Shown: positions 23,542 through 24,227 of the stretch, one piece after another
Numbering within the stretch: position 1 is the stretch's first letter
Layout: the number at the start of each line of letters is the position of its first letter
Position numbers and translations under genes: made by a program
The notes under the pieces: generated by a model
The model's input: only the letters and a program-made list of their open reading frames with translations
What the model was told of the DNA's origin: nothing
The model's database searches: none
Assembly: GCA_964343995.1 (NCBI GenBank)
Contig: CAYFLO010000001.1
Span: 4,129 to 28,355, forward strand
Reading direction: 5' to 3'
DNA length: 24,227 nt
Source: an uncultured Bifidobacteriaceae bacterium
GTDB taxonomy: Bacteria > Actinomycetota > Actinomycetes > S36-B12

Positions 23542-24227
23542 CGCGACGATTCGCGAGTCGTGACGCACATCGCCGCGCCAACAGCGACGACGCCGGTTTC
23601 AGTCTCATCGAGCTGGTGACGTCGATGGCGGTGTTCTCGATCCTGGTCATCATCGTGGGGGCGGCCATGCTCGCGGCGTTCTCCGCGATCCGTGACACCA
23701 CGGCACGCAGCGATGCCCAGGCCCAGGCGCAGAACGCCACCGAATGGTCGTCGCGCCTGCTGCGCTTCTCGACCACGCCGCTGGGCCAGACCGGCGCGAT
23801 CGTCGACGCCAGCAAGGCCTCGATCACCTTCTTTTCTGATGCCGGCCTGGCGGGGCGAAACGATGCTCCCGCCAAGGTGCGGCTGTACGTGCAGGCCAAT
23901 GCCGACGGGACGCAGACGGTGCGCAGCCAGGTCTGGGCCCCCACGCAGACATCCACGGGCTGGACGTGGGCCGCCACCGCCACCTCGCGCGACCTGCTCA
24001 CCGTCCCCAAGGGCGCCACGACTCCCCTGGCCGTCTCGGTGTACGTCTGCGACCCGAACGTCTCGTGCTACAGCCCCGAGACCTGCGCGGCCATGGTGCC
24101 CACCTGCACGTCCACCACGTGGCGCGATGCCACCCCGGTGACGTCCGGGGCGCTGGCCCTGGGAGCCACCGAACTGCCCAAGGCCGTGCGGATCACCGTC
24201 GGGGACTCCCGGTATCCGGAGCTCCAG
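23538..24227 (+). CDS. PilW/PulJ-like minor pilin, truncated by the window edge
   Basis: Translated by hand (absent from the track): MTRRFASR...DDAG/FSLIELVTSMAVFSILVIIVGAAM. ATGA overlap with the previous gene and open to 24227. Confidence 0.85.
   Translation, partial: MTRRFASRDAHRRANSDDAGFSLIELVTSMAVFSILVIIVGAAMLAAFSAIRDTTARSDAQAQAQNATEWSSRLLRFSTTPLGQTGAIVDASKASITFFSDAGLAGRNDAPAKVRLYVQANADGTQTVRSQVWAPTQTSTGWTWAATATSRDLLTVPKGATTPLAVSVYVCDPNVSCYSPETCAAMVPTCTSTTWRDATPVTSGALALGATELPKAVRITVGDSRYPELQ

Noticed and set aside
101-24141. Many long alternative-frame ORFs in the track (e.g. 1968..3404, 9557..10792, 15922..17568, 18152..20026)
   Set aside because: Shadow ORFs typical of high-GC DNA. 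They are Arg/Pro/Gly-rich and overlap genes with clear family motifs.
1-24227. CRISPR arrays, tRNA/rRNA genes, IS elements, pilQ/pilP
   Set aside because: None seen. Absence of a secretin is expected for a monoderm and is not a finding.

Overview
High-GC actinobacterial chromosomal window with no rRNA, tRNA, CRISPR or transposase detected. Left (1-5021, minus strand): mreC-mreD-pbp2(mrdA)-rodA, with no mreB in front of mreC and a divergent double-HTH gene in its place. Right (12738-24227): a monoderm type IVa pilus locus. It comprises pilT2-pilB-pilT-pilC-pilA on the minus strand, pilM-pilN-pilO on the plus strand, a small divergent gene pair, and pilV-like and pilW-like minor pilins. Between the two blocks (5726-12528, minus) is a mostly translationally coupled run of nine genes. 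It holds pilD, a CpaE/MinD-like ATPase, a DUF4388-like protein, a strongly divergent WhiG/FliA-like sigma factor and five proteins of unknown function. Main result: the octamer GCCGAWAC, which resembles a sigma-28/WhiG -10 box, occurs in sense orientation upstream of six genes of the locus, plus one near-match. In four cases it lies exactly 7 nt before an ATG that lacks a Shine-Dalgarno. This suggests a self-contained pilus regulon, possibly driven by the locus's own atypical sigma factor and including several uncharacterised components. All family assignments come from motif recognition by eye, not from database searches.
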